From sequence record MN047793.1: a DNA stretch of 64,000 nt; one strand, written 5' to 3'. The translations under genes and the position numbers were made by a program. The notes beneath the pieces are model-generated. The model searched no databases and was not told the DNA's origin. It saw nothing but the letters and a program-made list of their open reading frames with translations. The stretch's first letter is position 1, and every line of letters begins with the position of its first letter. Below are positions 1 to 9,480 of this stretch, in pieces.

Positions 1-85
1 ATCCATTAATTTTTAATTTAATTCCACGCAACGGAATTGATTTATTTCAGTTCACGGTCAGCATCACTCCAGAACTGGAACACCT

Positions 86-301
86 TCAGAAGGCTTTTAT
101 GACTGCCAGAGGAATTCCAGTAGACCGTCCATAAGTGCATTTATTCTCTGCGATTATCAATGATTCTAACTGCTCATAACACATGGAGCACCCTTTACCG
201 GCTCCAGTATTTTGCATTAATTCTCCAATCGTCTTGCTACCGTTGCGAATAGCTTCAGCCAAATCACTATCTGTAAGACCCATACACAAACATACGTACA
301 T
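86..301 (-). CDS. bfd: Bacterioferritin-associated ferredoxin (Bfd-like [2Fe-2S] protein)
   Basis: MYVCLCMGLTD...GAGKGCSMC: CxC plus CxxC spacing and about 70 aa length typical of Bfd. Confidence 0.85.
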   Translation of the reverse strand: MYVCLCMGLTDSDLAEAIRNGSKTIGELMQNTGAGKGCSMCYEQLESLIIAENKCTYGRSTGIPLAVIKAF

Positions 302-305
302 AAAA

Positions 306-327
306 AAGCCCTGAATACTCAGGGCTT
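306..327 (-). terminator. Intrinsic terminator hairpin
   Basis: AAGCCCTGA-N4-TCAGGGCTT followed by a T-run on the minus strand, downstream of 365..1498 and abutting the bfd start. Confidence 0.75.
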
Positions 328-364
328 AATATATAACATCTGTACGTAATGTCAAGTAGTACTG

Positions 365-1498
365 TTATTCTGTATCACTATGACGTTCAATGGATGCCTT
401 TGATCCTTTCGGCCAATTATGCTTGTCATCTTTCCATTCTTGAGTACATTCGCTCTTTGTTCCAGAGAATTGAATGGTATACTTATCGGAGTCTGGAGTC
501 TTTACTTTTAATACCCACAAGTCATCCTTTCCTTCCTTCACATACGAATTAAGCGCATTTGCTAGCCAGTTAACTAACTGTGGCGGGAAGAATGTTGTGA
601 TAGGTGACATAAGAGTACTAAAATACACTTGTGCCTTCTTAATACCTTCAGCATCACCAGCGGCAACATTTTCTAGAATTTGGTTTAGCGCATCAACCGC
701 ATTCTGTTTGACCCCATCATTATCAAACCCTTTATCATCATATGCGACAATAGCTGCTTCAAGTTCTTGAATGCGACTCTTAACCACAGACTTAACACTA
801 GATGGTAGACGGATTTTAGTAGACAAATCTTTCGCCTTTGTATCGTTTTCTTTCGGAGCATTCTGATAATCTACTTCTGGTGCCTTAGTTGTAGCATCCT
901 TTTCTAGAATCATAGCAGCGATTTGCTCAGGAGTAAGCTTAACAGATTCCTTTACTTCCTTGTCATCTTTCTTTTTAGCTTTCTTATCTGAATCATCTTC
1001 GTCAGTATCCTTCTTCTCAGACTTATCATCCTTGTCTTTTTCAGACTTATCATCCTTGTCTTTTTCAGACTTATCATCCTTGTCCTTATCGGAATCGTCG
1101 TCTTTGTCGTCTTTCTTTTCTGTCTTCTTTTCATCAGAATCTGCATCTTTATCAGACTTTTTCTCTGAATCATCTTCGTCTTCGTCAGTATCCTTCTCCG
1201 AAGATGAGTCGCCGTCCTTTTTCTTAAAAGCTTCAGGTACTTCAGGTACTTCAGCAGCCTCTTTAACCTTCTCGGCTGGTGCATCTAGTTTAGCTAGAGC
1301 AGCTTTAACAACCTTAAGTTCTTCTTCAGCGTTCTTATATTGAAATGATGAACGTGATGCTGTCAAAAGCACTGACTGTAGTGAAGTTTTTGCTTTATTA
1401 AGTTCCGCTTTGTCAGATTTCTCATATTTCTTTTCAACAGAAACCGATTCTGTAATTGGGATACCTGATAATTCTTGTAGACGTTGAGTAAAATTCAT
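365..1498 (-). CDS. Hypothetical protein with central D/K/E/S low-complexity region; candidate internal head protein
   Basis: 377-aa ORF; KDKDDKSE repeats; N-terminus MNFTQRLQE. Confidence 0.6.
   Translation of the reverse strand: MNFTQRLQELSGIPITESVSVEKKYEKSDKAELNKAKTSLQSVLLTASRSSFQYKNAEEELKVVKAALAKLDAPAEKVKEAAEVPEVPEAFKKKDGDSSSEKDTDEDEDDSEKKSDKDADSDEKKTEKKDDKDDDSDKDKDDKSEKDKDDKSEKDKDDKSEKKDTDEDDSDKKAKKKDDKEVKESVKLTPEQIAAMILEKDATTKAPEVDYQNAPKENDTKAKDLSTKIRLPSSVKSVVKSRIQELEAAIVAYDDKGFDNDGVKQNAVDALNQILENVAAGDAEGIKKAQVYFSTLMSPITTFFPPQLVNWLANALNSYVKEGKDDLWVLKVKTPDSDKYTIQFSGTKSECTQEWKDDKHNWPKGSKASIERHSDTE
1017..1084. repeat. 24-bp coding tandem repeat, nearly 3 copies
   Basis: unit tcagacttatcatccttgtctttt, encoding KDKDDKSE on the minus strand. 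Confidence 0.85.
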
Positions 1499-1508
1499 AA
1501 TTAGTTCC

Positions 1509-1844
1509 TTAAACTGTTTGTGACCAGCTGGCGTGTTGCCCTCTAGCTTCTCGTAAAGCTTTGACCGCTACTGCAATCAATTCAATGTATTGCTTCCAGC
1601 GATTTTTTAAATACGCTAAAGGTTTTGGCACTTCTAATTCAGCAAAAGCGGCGTCAACCAATTCTACTGCACTACGCCAATTCTTTTCTAAATCTTTGGC
1701 AGACTTATTTATCTCTTTCTTTAAAGCAGACATAGTATCCGCAGGAAATTCATACTGCGGATCAGTTTCTATAAACACAATCTTTTTCTTTTCCGGCTTC
1801 TTTTCTTTCTTTTCATTCAGAAGCTGTAGGAATTGAAATGTCAT
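1509..1844 (-). CDS. Hypothetical protein
   Basis: 111-aa ORF tightly packed in the operon; N-terminus MTFQFLQLLNE. Confidence 0.65.
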   Translation of the reverse strand: MTFQFLQLLNEKKEKKPEKKKIVFIETDPQYEFPADTMSALKKEINKSAKDLEKNWRSAVELVDAAFAELEVPKPLAYLKNRWKQYIELIAVAVKALREARGQHASWSQTV

Positions 1845-2230
1845 TTCTTAATTTCCTTGGATTTTACGGCATCCTTTTCTGCCTTAGCTTTGGCTTTACG
1901 ATATTCATCAATCGATTTCTTATAGAACTTATTAGATTCGACCGATTTAGATACAAGATCAGAAATCGCAATTAGATTGTCAAATAGGTTGGTTGCCTGC
2001 TCTGGCGTAATAACATAATACACCTTGTCCTTATTAGAGTCTTTAGCCGCTTCTTCAGCCATCTCTTGCCGATTCCATACGTCCCACTCAACTGTCTTAA
2101 GATTAAGTACAGGGGTTGCGTCTGGATCAACAATAACAAACTCCTGGGTAGTGGGTACAACCTTTTGTCCTGTAGCACAGGAGGCCAGTACCATTGCTAA
2201 TAGCACAGATAGTAGGATATTATTTTTCAT
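1841..2230 (-). CDS. Outer-membrane lipoprotein, probable o-spanin
   Basis: Start re-assigned to ATG at 2230 (MKNNILLSVLLAMVLASC): signal peptide with LASC lipobox; overlaps the end of the upstream membrane/coiled-coil gene. Confidence 0.75.
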   Translation of the reverse strand: MKNNILLSVLLAMVLASCATGQKVVPTTQEFVIVDPDATPVLNLKTVEWDVWNRQEMAEEAAKDSNKDKVYYVITPEQATNLFDNLIAISDLVSKSVESNKFYKKSIDEYRKAKAKAEKDAVKSKEIKK

Positions 2231-2651
2231 TGGTTTTTCCTTTTGATGCATTCTCAATTCGAGTAAACACATCTTTACTTAAAGCGTTAACTTCACTTTT
2301 AATCTGCTTACTATTGCTGCCATTAGGAACAGGCTTACTGATCTTACCTAAATTGTTAAGGCGATTGTTTAGTGTGCTAGTTTCACTATTAATGTCTGCA
2401 ATGGTAGCACGTAGGTCTGCTATATCAGATAGTGCTTTTCTAGTATCAGCTTTGAACGTCTCAAATTGAGTCGTTACTACATTAACGCGGTCTGTAAGTA
2501 CAGAGTTTTTATTAGCCAAAACAACTGCCTCAGCAGCTAACGTTTGGCTACGCTGAAACTGCCATACTACCCCAATAGTTAATAGGGACATGATGACAAT
2601 GATTAGTATCCATTTGTATGCTGTAATTTTTGCTTTGATTGTAGTGAACAT
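2220..2651 (-). CDS. Probable i-spanin
   Basis: Single N-terminal TM helix (WILIIVIMSLLTIGVVW) followed by a long coiled coil; directly upstream of a lipoprotein. Confidence 0.75.
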   Translation of the reverse strand: MFTTIKAKITAYKWILIIVIMSLLTIGVVWQFQRSQTLAAEAVVLANKNSVLTDRVNVVTTQFETFKADTRKALSDIADLRATIADINSETSTLNNRLNNLGKISKPVPNGSNSKQIKSEVNALSKDVFTRIENASKGKTNEK

Positions 2652-2671
2652 GATATTTTCTCGGTATGCTT

Positions 2672-2679
2672 TATTTATC
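2672..2679 (-). promoter_or_regulatory. Late promoter motif GATAAATA
   Basis: TAAATA core about 20 nt upstream of the i-spanin start. Confidence 0.6.
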
Positions 2680-2699
2680 CGAGATACTAATCAAAATTA

Positions 2700-2999
2700 T
2701 TAATTTTGGTACTTGCGACGTATATCACGTTCATTTGTCGCCAGTCTATTTTCCAACCCATTAGTTTGTTGGGTGAGGTGACTTAATGCTCTACGAATTA
2801 CTTCAATCTTAGTTGATAGTGTGGTGTCAATCTTTTTTAGATAATTATCTGTCTTTAAGTTATACGATCGCTGATGTTTTTCCATATCAGCAATCTTAGC
2901 TCGCAAGGTTTTAATCTCGCGATCTTTTTCACGCAACGCAGAATCGACCTCACTCCTAAGTGAGGCCAATTCTTTTTGTACTGATTTTAAATCATCCAT
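2700..2999 (-). CDS. Hypothetical coiled-coil protein
   Basis: 99-aa heptad-rich ORF overlapping the exonuclease stop. Confidence 0.6.
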   Translation of the reverse strand: MDDLKSVQKELASLRSEVDSALREKDREIKTLRAKIADMEKHQRSYNLKTDNYLKKIDTTLSTKIEVIRRALSHLTQQTNGLENRLATNERDIRRKYQN

Positions 3000-3579
3000 C
3001 GATACAATTCCTAAAAATCTTATTTAGAATTCTATAAGACTTCAAAGTATATCTGATGTCTTCTAATGCGTTGTGTTCTTTACGTGGAGGGAATCCAATT
3101 TTCTCAAAAAGTTCATCCGAATCAAATGCACCGACTGCTAACAGCCCAACGGGAAATGAATCTAATGCTCTATGTGAAATTTTTAATTTGATATCAAATT
3201 TACGTAGTAATGCCTTAAAGAATGGTTTATCAAAACTTACTACATTATGACCCAACAGTGTTATAGCACTATTAATATCAAAATGCTTCATTATAAACTC
3301 TACGATAAGAATGGTAGCCTCTTCTTCATCAATTCCATTTTCTTCTAAGTATTCTTTACTTAGTCCATGGATTTCTTCAGCCTTAACATTCCACTGCGAC
3401 TCACCATTCCATTTAATTTCTAGGTATAGTGAGTCAATTTCCGCGTATGTAGTAACATCACTTACGATAAGGCCAATGGATACCATTTGGTACCCATCTG
3501 AGGGATCATCACCAAATGCCATACCACTGGTTTCACAATCAATAGCTAAAATCTTGCTGAAATGACTTCCCCTGCTCAT
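2992..3579 (-). CDS. DEDDh 3'-5' exonuclease (DnaQ-like superfamily)
   Basis: ExoI AIDCETSG, ExoII GHNVVSFD, ExoIII HNALEDI. Confidence 0.85.
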   Translation of the reverse strand: MSRGSHFSKILAIDCETSGMAFGDDPSDGYQMVSIGLIVSDVTTYAEIDSLYLEIKWNGESQWNVKAEEIHGLSKEYLEENGIDEEEATILIVEFIMKHFDINSAITLLGHNVVSFDKPFFKALLRKFDIKLKISHRALDSFPVGLLAVGAFDSDELFEKIGFPPRKEHNALEDIRYTLKSYRILNKIFRNCIDG

Positions 3580-4277
3580 TCGCTTGCTCGGTTACGTAAA
3601 ATGCGTAATACAACGGCTTGTAATTCAGAGGCTGCAACAAAAGTATTACCCTCTACATTATTGATTACTTGGGTAACATTCTCCGGTTCTAGTGGTTGTT
3701 CGGATGCATGATCTGAAGTTATAATCTTCGCCTGTCCTTCTCTCACAACACGAATGACCACACCGTTTTGGTGTTTTACAAAGAGTGCTTCATTATCAAA
3801 GCGTACATCGGTAACAAATGCGATATCTACGCCAGATGTTAGAATGGTGGATTGTAAAGACTTGATCCAAATATCGTCTCGAATGCCCTTTCGACATGCT
3901 TCGGTTCCCAATTGCTGGGCCATCTGTCGAGGCGACATATTCCAATAACTAATATTTTCTTCTTTCAATTTGCGATCATAAAATGATTCGAGTGGTACAT
4001 TGAAAATTACCGATGCTGCTCGCTTCAGGTTATCAGCAAATGCGAAGCATTCTACTTTTAATCCATGATCTTTCTGTAGAGAAAGACGGACCATGTTTGC
4101 TACCGTATCCTTGCCTGCCCCTGCTAGACCATTGATACCAATAATTACTGGTATATTATATACAGGTGGAGCGTATTGACCCATTGCAATTGTTTCTGGG
4201 TTGACTTCTGAAAAAACTGACATAAACTTATCCTTGCTGTTGTAACCCATTATATTTGAGTTACAACAGCAAGTCAA
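3576..4277 (-). CDS. Deoxynucleoside monophosphate kinase (T4 gp1-like); true start probably one of the downstream ATGs
   Basis: GINGLAGAGKDT P-loop, FADNLK, RQMAQQLGTE, VTDVRFDNE, HASE. Confidence 0.85.
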   Translation of the reverse strand: MTCCCNSNIMGYNSKDKFMSVFSEVNPETIAMGQYAPPVYNIPVIIGINGLAGAGKDTVANMVRLSLQKDHGLKVECFAFADNLKRAASVIFNVPLESFYDRKLKEENISYWNMSPRQMAQQLGTEACRKGIRDDIWIKSLQSTILTSGVDIAFVTDVRFDNEALFVKHQNGVVIRVVREGQAKIITSDHASEQPLEPENVTQVINNVEGNTFVAASELQAVVLRILRNRASE

Positions 4278-4280
4278 GAG

Positions 4281-4937
4281 TTATTGAGGTAAACCAGTGA
4301 TGCTCAAGAATTGTACATTACCGGTGGTGGTAGTTTCTGCACGCTGGGAACCATCCTTAGATTCTTGGGCACCGGGGTCAACGTCGGTTCCCGCTAAAAT
4401 TGCACGACGAATCTGGGTCTCACGCTTAATGTCGTTACCAACATTATAAATCCATAACTCTTCAAAGTTACCATCATCCATTTTGCGCTTATAGACTAAA
4501 TTCGCCCCACGTACTGTGCGGATTTCGCCTTGAAAATTTGTATCTTCTGGTGTATCAGAACCAGTAACGTCATCTGCGGATAACCCATCATCGTCAGATA
4601 ATTCTACACTATCAATACTTTGATTACCAATGTCTTCGGAAGCAGTAGCGTCATCAAAATCTTCAACAGCATTACTGAAGCCTGCTACATCATCGCCATC
4701 AGCATTTTCCGCATCTAAATTAAATTCACCAGAATCATCATCGACAAAATCGTCAATTGGCATAGAACCAAGATCACTGAAATCTAAGGGAGTATACTCT
4801 GTTTCCTCTTCTTGACCAAATTCCGCGCCTAATAGCGCATCAAGATCAATGTCCCCCAGTGCATCCAAATCTAGTTCAGTATCATCATCTAGATTAAACG
4901 CACGCATTTCTTCCCGTAGAGCTTTCAAAGTTTTCAT
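4281..4937 (-). CDS. Highly acidic hypothetical late protein
   Basis: 218 aa, Asp-rich N-terminal half; TATAAATA upstream; N-terminus MKTLKALREE. Confidence 0.6.
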   Translation of the reverse strand: MKTLKALREEMRAFNLDDDTELDLDALGDIDLDALLGAEFGQEEETEYTPLDFSDLGSMPIDDFVDDDSGEFNLDAENADGDDVAGFSNAVEDFDDATASEDIGNQSIDSVELSDDDGLSADDVTGSDTPEDTNFQGEIRTVRGANLVYKRKMDDGNFEELWIYNVGNDIKRETQIRRAILAGTDVDPGAQESKDGSQRAETTTTGNVQFLSITGLPQ

Positions 4938-4961
4938 TATAGGTTCCGTTTGCTTTGATAA

Positions 4962-4969
4962 TATTTATA
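4962..4969 (-). promoter_or_regulatory. Late promoter TATAAATA
   Basis: Exact T4 late consensus 25 nt upstream of ATG 4937. Confidence 0.75.
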
Positions 4970-5042
4970 AACTTTTAACCCATAACACATGAAATTATGA
5001 ATTCCTAAATAATGTAAATGGAAACAGCAAGTTAAGGCAAAT

Positions 5043-5480
5043 ATGAAAAAGCACACCGCGATCCCTCTAATTACAGAGCCACACCCGGAAGGCTATAATG
5101 GCTACCCGTTTATTACTCTTATCCGTTACAACGATGTAAACACTATTAACATTATCGACAATGTGGTGAATAAACAGATTATTGGGTACGTCCTAGATTT
5201 GTGTGCTCCAGCAGGACTTGATGAACAGGCAGTAGTTTCTATTGCAGAAGATTGGTTTTATAGTGACCGACAAAAACGATATCCACTATCCGTAGAATTT
5301 TCTAGACGTGAGTTATCTGGAGTAATGGCCCCGATTCTTCGATGCTATCCTACTGAATATGTAACACGAGTGATTGGACCCCTTCCAGAATATAAAATGG
5401 GTGGCGTCTTTAAGACAAAGAAGAAACGTAAGAAATCAATTCCTGCCGACATTGATTTCGTAGACCGCCGATTTAAATAA
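5043..5480 (+). CDS. Hypothetical protein
   Basis: 145-aa ORF on the opposite strand filling the gap; CTAAATA at 5005..5011 upstream. Confidence 0.65.
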   Translation: MKKHTAIPLITEPHPEGYNGYPFITLIRYNDVNTINIIDNVVNKQIIGYVLDLCAPAGLDEQAVVSIAEDWFYSDRQKRYPLSVEFSRRELSGVMAPILRCYPTEYVTRVIGPLPEYKMGGVFKTKKKRKKSIPADIDFVDRRFK

Positions 5481-5859
5481 GAGTCTTAAGTACGCTGTAC
5501 TTTACCGATTCTGTAGCGTTTTTGAATTCATCTTTTACGGTATCAGTTTGGTCAATCATACTGGTACCTTCGTCGGTTAATTGACCAGTATCATCAATTA
5601 GATTATTATTGACAAGAGTCTCTTGTCCAGCGTCAGTAACTCCTGCACGCTTTCCTGTATCATCTATATTAACTAGACCCATACTACGAAGCTGCTGGCG
5701 GGCCTGTATGACGTTCTCTGAGCCGGTAGTGGTGTCGTATGCAGTCTCAGGCGTAGGGGCTGCATAGATGCACACAAGGACGTTCTTCTGAGTGTCAGTA
5801 AGTCTGGCAGCGGGTGGAGCTTGTGGCGGTAATGCCGCCAGTTCTTTTAGAAATTTCAC
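5473..5859 (-). CDS. Hypothetical protein, possible winged-helix fold
   Basis: LTDTQKNVL...LRSMGLV...VTDAGQE pattern; resembles 55913..56398. Confidence 0.55.
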   Translation of the reverse strand: MKFLKELAALPPQAPPAARLTDTQKNVLVCIYAAPTPETAYDTTTGSENVIQARQQLRSMGLVNIDDTGKRAGVTDAGQETLVNNNLIDDTGQLTDEGTSMIDQTDTVKDEFKNATESVKYSVLKTLI

Positions 5860-6422
5860 AATATTTCAGCCTTGATGAGATGTAGTTGTAACACGATAAG
5901 AAGAGCGTAAGGAATTGCATGCGATTTTCGTAGATCACTAGGGTCACGTTTCGTATACAATTCTTTTATTACTGCTTTCTTGTTCTTAGCATATTTATCC
6001 ACTAGCTTGATTTTATTAGGTCTGATGATCGCTAAACAATCTGCTAATTCAGATACTGAACTAGGTTTAATTTTCTGGATAGTTTCAAAATGCTTGGCTA
6101 AATGAAATAGCTTCTCAACCACTTCAGGGTCTTCTAACAGAGTCCAGTCAGGCTCTATCTTTAGTAGTTCCCGAATCTCATCTTTAGATTCAAAGTTGTC
6201 CAGAATGTTAAGGTTCAACATGTCGATTTTAAAGAAGCCATGGTCTTGGGCTTCTTTATAAGGAATGGCTGCTAAGCCACTTACTTTATCTACCGGAATA
6301 TTCTGAAAGTATACCCCAACATTATGCTTCTTAAGTTCTCCATTCTCCACAATCGATGCGTGAGTGATCTTAAATAAGCTGTCCGGTTTAAATTTTGGGG
6401 TAATGTCGATGTCGATATCCAT
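5856..6422 (-). CDS. dnaE: DNA polymerase III alpha (DnaE)-like C-terminal half: palm acidic motif plus fingers remnant
   Basis: Starts MDIDIDI (PDxDxD), KHNVGVYF (HAAGVVI), GFFKIDMLNL (KFDFLGL), IKPSSVSELADCLAIIRP, RKSHAIPYA (NKSHAAAYA). Confidence 0.8.
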   Translation of the reverse strand: MDIDIDITPKFKPDSLFKITHASIVENGELKKHNVGVYFQNIPVDKVSGLAAIPYKEAQDHGFFKIDMLNLNILDNFESKDEIRELLKIEPDWTLLEDPEVVEKLFHLAKHFETIQKIKPSSVSELADCLAIIRPNKIKLVDKYAKNKKAVIKELYTKRDPSDLRKSHAIPYALLIVLQLHLIKAEIL

Positions 6423-6453
6423 TGGCGCAGTCTACCAGACTTCCAAATGTAAA

Positions 6454-7134
6454 TCAATATCCGTGCATGTTTTTGATGATGGTAATTAATTCATCAGTGT
6501 TAGTTGCCAACTGTATCATCTTGGTGTACTTAAATCTATGCTCTTCCATAGTTTTAAGAATCTCATTGGCGGTTCGCTTAAGGTTCATAACCTCTTCTAC
6601 TACTTGGCTACGTGTCCATCCATTTAATTTTTTAGAAGCTTCGATAATTGGAAATTCATTCAAACTTTTCGGCTTAGGATTCATACCAAGATAACGTACT
6701 ACCTCATCAAACTTAGCGTTAATTAGACTAATATTTTCGGGGATTAAGTTGACAGCCCAATCAGAATGTAACGACTTCAATATATTCATCGCATCAGACT
6801 TAGCAATATTGATATCAGTCAAATCGATCTGATACTTTTTTTGTCTCATAGTTCGACTAGAGATAAACTCGCGTACTGGAGTTGCCTTTTCTAAGGCATC
6901 CAATTGGGTGGCTGCGTCTTCCTTAGTATCCACAGTAGATCGCTTTACACTTCTAACCTTCGTTCGCCAATCGTTCCATCTGGCACGTGATTCGAATGAA
7001 AGCTCATTATCTTCCAATTGTGTCCAGTCACTAGTGGATAACAATAGCTGTCGCTTTGCTATTACTTCTGCCCATTCTCTATCGATGTATTCCGACGTTT
7101 TTTCTAAACGACGAATTTTAATTTTCTCAACCAT
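6454..7134 (-). CDS. Tail fibre assembly chaperone-like protein
   Basis: LLLSTSDWTQLEDN...WNDWRTKVRSV matches the SDWTQLPD...W..YR..LRD motif of phage tail assembly chaperones; lies downstream of the fibre cluster. Confidence 0.65.
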   Translation of the reverse strand: MVEKIKIRRLEKTSEYIDREWAEVIAKRQLLLSTSDWTQLEDNELSFESRARWNDWRTKVRSVKRSTVDTKEDAATQLDALEKATPVREFISSRTMRQKKYQIDLTDINIAKSDAMNILKSLHSDWAVNLIPENISLINAKFDEVVRYLGMNPKPKSLNEFPIIEASKKLNGWTRSQVVEEVMNLKRTANEILKTMEEHRFKYTKMIQLATNTDELITIIKNMHGY

Positions 7135-7301
7135 TAGATTGAATCAAATTCTTTTAAGGATTGACCGATCATAGTGAAGTCAAATCCACTATCATCCACT
7201 TCAAATACTTTATTTCCCTGACGGGCCATATCTTCAATATTAACCGGCTTTACTGAATAGCCAACAATTACATCATCACTCGTTCTAACGAAAATAAACA
7301 T
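7134..7301 (-). CDS. Small hypothetical protein (55 aa, not in ORF track)
   Basis: MFIFVRTSDDVIVGYSVKP...EFDSI; GAGGA SD; TAATG coupling to next gene; CTAAATA at 7325..7331. Confidence 0.7.
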   Translation of the reverse strand: MFIFVRTSDDVIVGYSVKPVNIEDMARQGNKVFEVDDSGFDFTMIGQSLKEFDSI

Positions 7302-7350
7302 ACAAGTTCCTCAACTTATATGTCTATTTAGAGTGTCAAAAAATGATGTA

Positions 7351-7827
7351 TTACTGTGCAGATTGGTTGGTTCCAGAGCTTCCACCGCCGCCACCGCCGC
7401 CACCGCCGCCACCGCCACTACTTGCAGCAGCTACTACATAACGGTTAATTGAAACGTTATATGTCATACCACCAGTAACTACCTGACCAGCAGCATCAGT
7501 CACTTGATAATTCACACGTAATGTTCCACTAATAGTTAATGAGCACATATTAGATGATGTAAACCCGTAACCGAATTGTGGGGAAGCGCCACCGCCACCT
7601 GGGAATGCTGACATATTCAATGTCGCATTCGATGCAGTAGGAACTTGTGGATATGAAAATGTCGTGGTGTATGGTGCTTGCCCACCACTAATATTCAAGT
7701 TACAGAAATCTGTTGCAGTACCAGAACCACATGATGCAGAATATGATTGATTTTCTGTGAATGCTGCACAATCACCACTCATGTTTACTACAAGTTGTGG
7801 GATGATATTATTACATACAATTGCCAT
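7351..7827 (-). CDS. Cys-containing, Gly-tailed putative virion protein
   Basis: Beta-rich S/T/G/N composition, C-terminal poly-Gly; own AATAAATA motif at 7848..7855. Confidence 0.55.
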   Translation of the reverse strand: MAIVCNNIIPQLVVNMSGDCAAFTENQSYSASCGSGTATDFCNLNISGGQAPYTTTFSYPQVPTASNATLNMSAFPGGGGASPQFGYGFTSSNMCSLTISGTLRVNYQVTDAAGQVVTGGMTYNVSINRYVVAAASSGGGGGGGGGGGGSSGTNQSAQ

Positions 7828-7853
7828 AATTTACTCTTAATTCTCAATATTTA

Positions 7854-9440
7854 TTAGCAAGTACCCAGTACCTGACCGGTTTCGTTATCCACAATAGTAT
7901 AGTCACTAGCAATCTGCCAAGTGCGGTTATTACCGCTACTACTTACTAATACTGGAGTCATATTAATAGTAATCGTGAATGTACGGGAGCCTACAGTAAT
8001 AGTATCAGTAACTGTTTGTGCTGTTGTACCATAAACTTGACGATTATACGGAGTTTCACCTACACCATTTAATGTAACTTTCAGGTTTAATTGAATAGCT
8101 GGTGTAGCGTTATAATATTGTACATTTCCTCTTACTGGATTCAATGCGATAGTCTGCGTAGACACAAACGATGTGGCATTATTACAAGCACAGTATGACG
8201 TACACTGGTTATAATCACCATTACCACCTGATGAGTTGGTGAATGTGGTGAATGTTCCGCCAGGAACAGATGACGCTACGAAACCTGTGCAGTATCCACC
8301 ATTGAAGCCGTTTAGCGGTGGAGTACCCGGCATATTACGACATGCATAACGCGGTGCGGCTGTCGGAGTTGGTGTCGGAGTTGCTGGTTGCGGTGCTGGG
8401 CGACAAATCTGAAGGCTTGATTGGTTCGGGGGAATGAACGCTTGAGTTGTGTCTAATACCGGGCCAGCTGTCTCGTTTGCCGTAGATGCACATACGTTGG
8501 AGAAATCACCACTACGAGTGAATGTAAATGAATATCCAGTAGCTGGTGCAGGATGATTCAAGGAAACTGTATAACAAATCTGTGCGCCAGGAAGAACTTG
8601 ACCAGTAGGATTAGCAGTAATAGTCGTAGAGTAAACTAATTGAGTTACTGACGGCGTTAACGATGGTGCTGGTGTACCAGTACGAGTCATTGTTGGTGTT
8701 GGTGTCGGTGATACACCTGCCGTTGGTGTTACTGATGGAGTTGGTGATACTACTGGCGTAGATGTACGTGTCGGCGTCATCGTTGGAGTTGGTGATGGGG
8801 CCGGAGTAGCAGAAGGAATTGGCAATTGTGAGCCTAAATTCTTATTACCCTTAATACCTACGATCAGGTAGTTGGCACATCCAAATACAGCACTGGTGCC
8901 ACCTTCAGGATTATAGAACATAGTTACATTTGCTTGGTCATCCGTTACACACTGTAGGTATGTAAAGCTGGTGTCCATAACGAATGGCGTTACAATCCAT
9001 GCACATTCATCATAATCAAACACATAACCATGCTGGTTTTGTGGTTTAGGTAATTGGCTACCATGTGCAATTACGCCCCAGTTAGATGCAATATCTCCTA
9101 CCATACCTAATGCTAGCCATGATGAACCCGTCCAAGCATATAATGATTCTTGAGTAATATTGTACCAAAGTTGTCCCTGAACTGGCTTTGTCAATAGACG
9201 TTTAGTAGTATCAGCAATAAATGATGTTGAGGTTAAGTCAGGATTACCCGGTAATAGGGGGTTTTCTTTGCACGCAAAATTCTCCAGCAAGTGGAGAAAG
9301 TTAGCATTCATATCACGACCATATTCTAGTCGCTTTCTACCAAACAACGAAAGGTCAGTTGACGAATTATCAACGTTGGTCTCCGATACTACAATAGGAG
9401 CTTTATTCTTGTCGGTATATTTAACGGTATATTCTGTCAT
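7854..9440 (-). CDS. Fibre-like paralog 1: conserved N-module, Pro/Thr linker, Ig-like domain, second linker, Cys-rich tip
   Basis: Shared motifs GRKRLEYG, LLENFAC, GQLWYN, NWGVIAHG, ANYLIVGI; PTPTPT linkers. Confidence 0.65.
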   Translation of the reverse strand: MTEYTVKYTDKNKAPIVVSETNVDNSSTDLSLFGRKRLEYGRDMNANFLHLLENFACKENPLLPGNPDLTSTSFIADTTKRLLTKPVQGQLWYNITQESLYAWTGSSWLALGMVGDIASNWGVIAHGSQLPKPQNQHGYVFDYDECAWIVTPFVMDTSFTYLQCVTDDQANVTMFYNPEGGTSAVFGCANYLIVGIKGNKNLGSQLPIPSATPAPSPTPTMTPTRTSTPVVSPTPSVTPTAGVSPTPTPTMTRTGTPAPSLTPSVTQLVYSTTITANPTGQVLPGAQICYTVSLNHPAPATGYSFTFTRSGDFSNVCASTANETAGPVLDTTQAFIPPNQSSLQICRPAPQPATPTPTPTAAPRYACRNMPGTPPLNGFNGGYCTGFVASSVPGGTFTTFTNSSGGNGDYNQCTSYCACNNATSFVSTQTIALNPVRGNVQYYNATPAIQLNLKVTLNGVGETPYNRQVYGTTAQTVTDTITVGSRTFTITINMTPVLVSSSGNNRTWQIASDYTIVDNETGQVLGTC

Positions 9441-9462
9441 GGTTTGATCTTGTTAATAAGTC

Positions 9463-9470
9463 TATTTATA
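9463..9470 (-). promoter_or_regulatory. Late promoter TATAAATA
   Basis: Exact consensus 23 nt upstream of ATG 9440. Confidence 0.75.
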
Positions 9471-9480
9471 CTTACGCATT

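Noticed and set aside
1-40. Short inverted repeat AATTCC-N7-GGAATT in AT-rich sequence as a Fur box or terminator after bfd
   Set aside because: Only 6 bp, no match to the Fur consensus, context truncated by window edge
952-1343. Long alternative ORFs 952..1284 (-) and 960..1343 (+)
   Set aside because: Shadows of the low-complexity K/D repeat in 365..1498; no SD or sensible composition
6423-6470. Degenerate DIDL echo and in-frame TAG just upstream of the DnaE C-half start, suggesting read-through or frameshift fusion
   Set aside because: The frame is closed again by TAA a few codons further up and contains no DnaE-like sequence; no shared sequence with the end of the N-half that would support RNA-level joining
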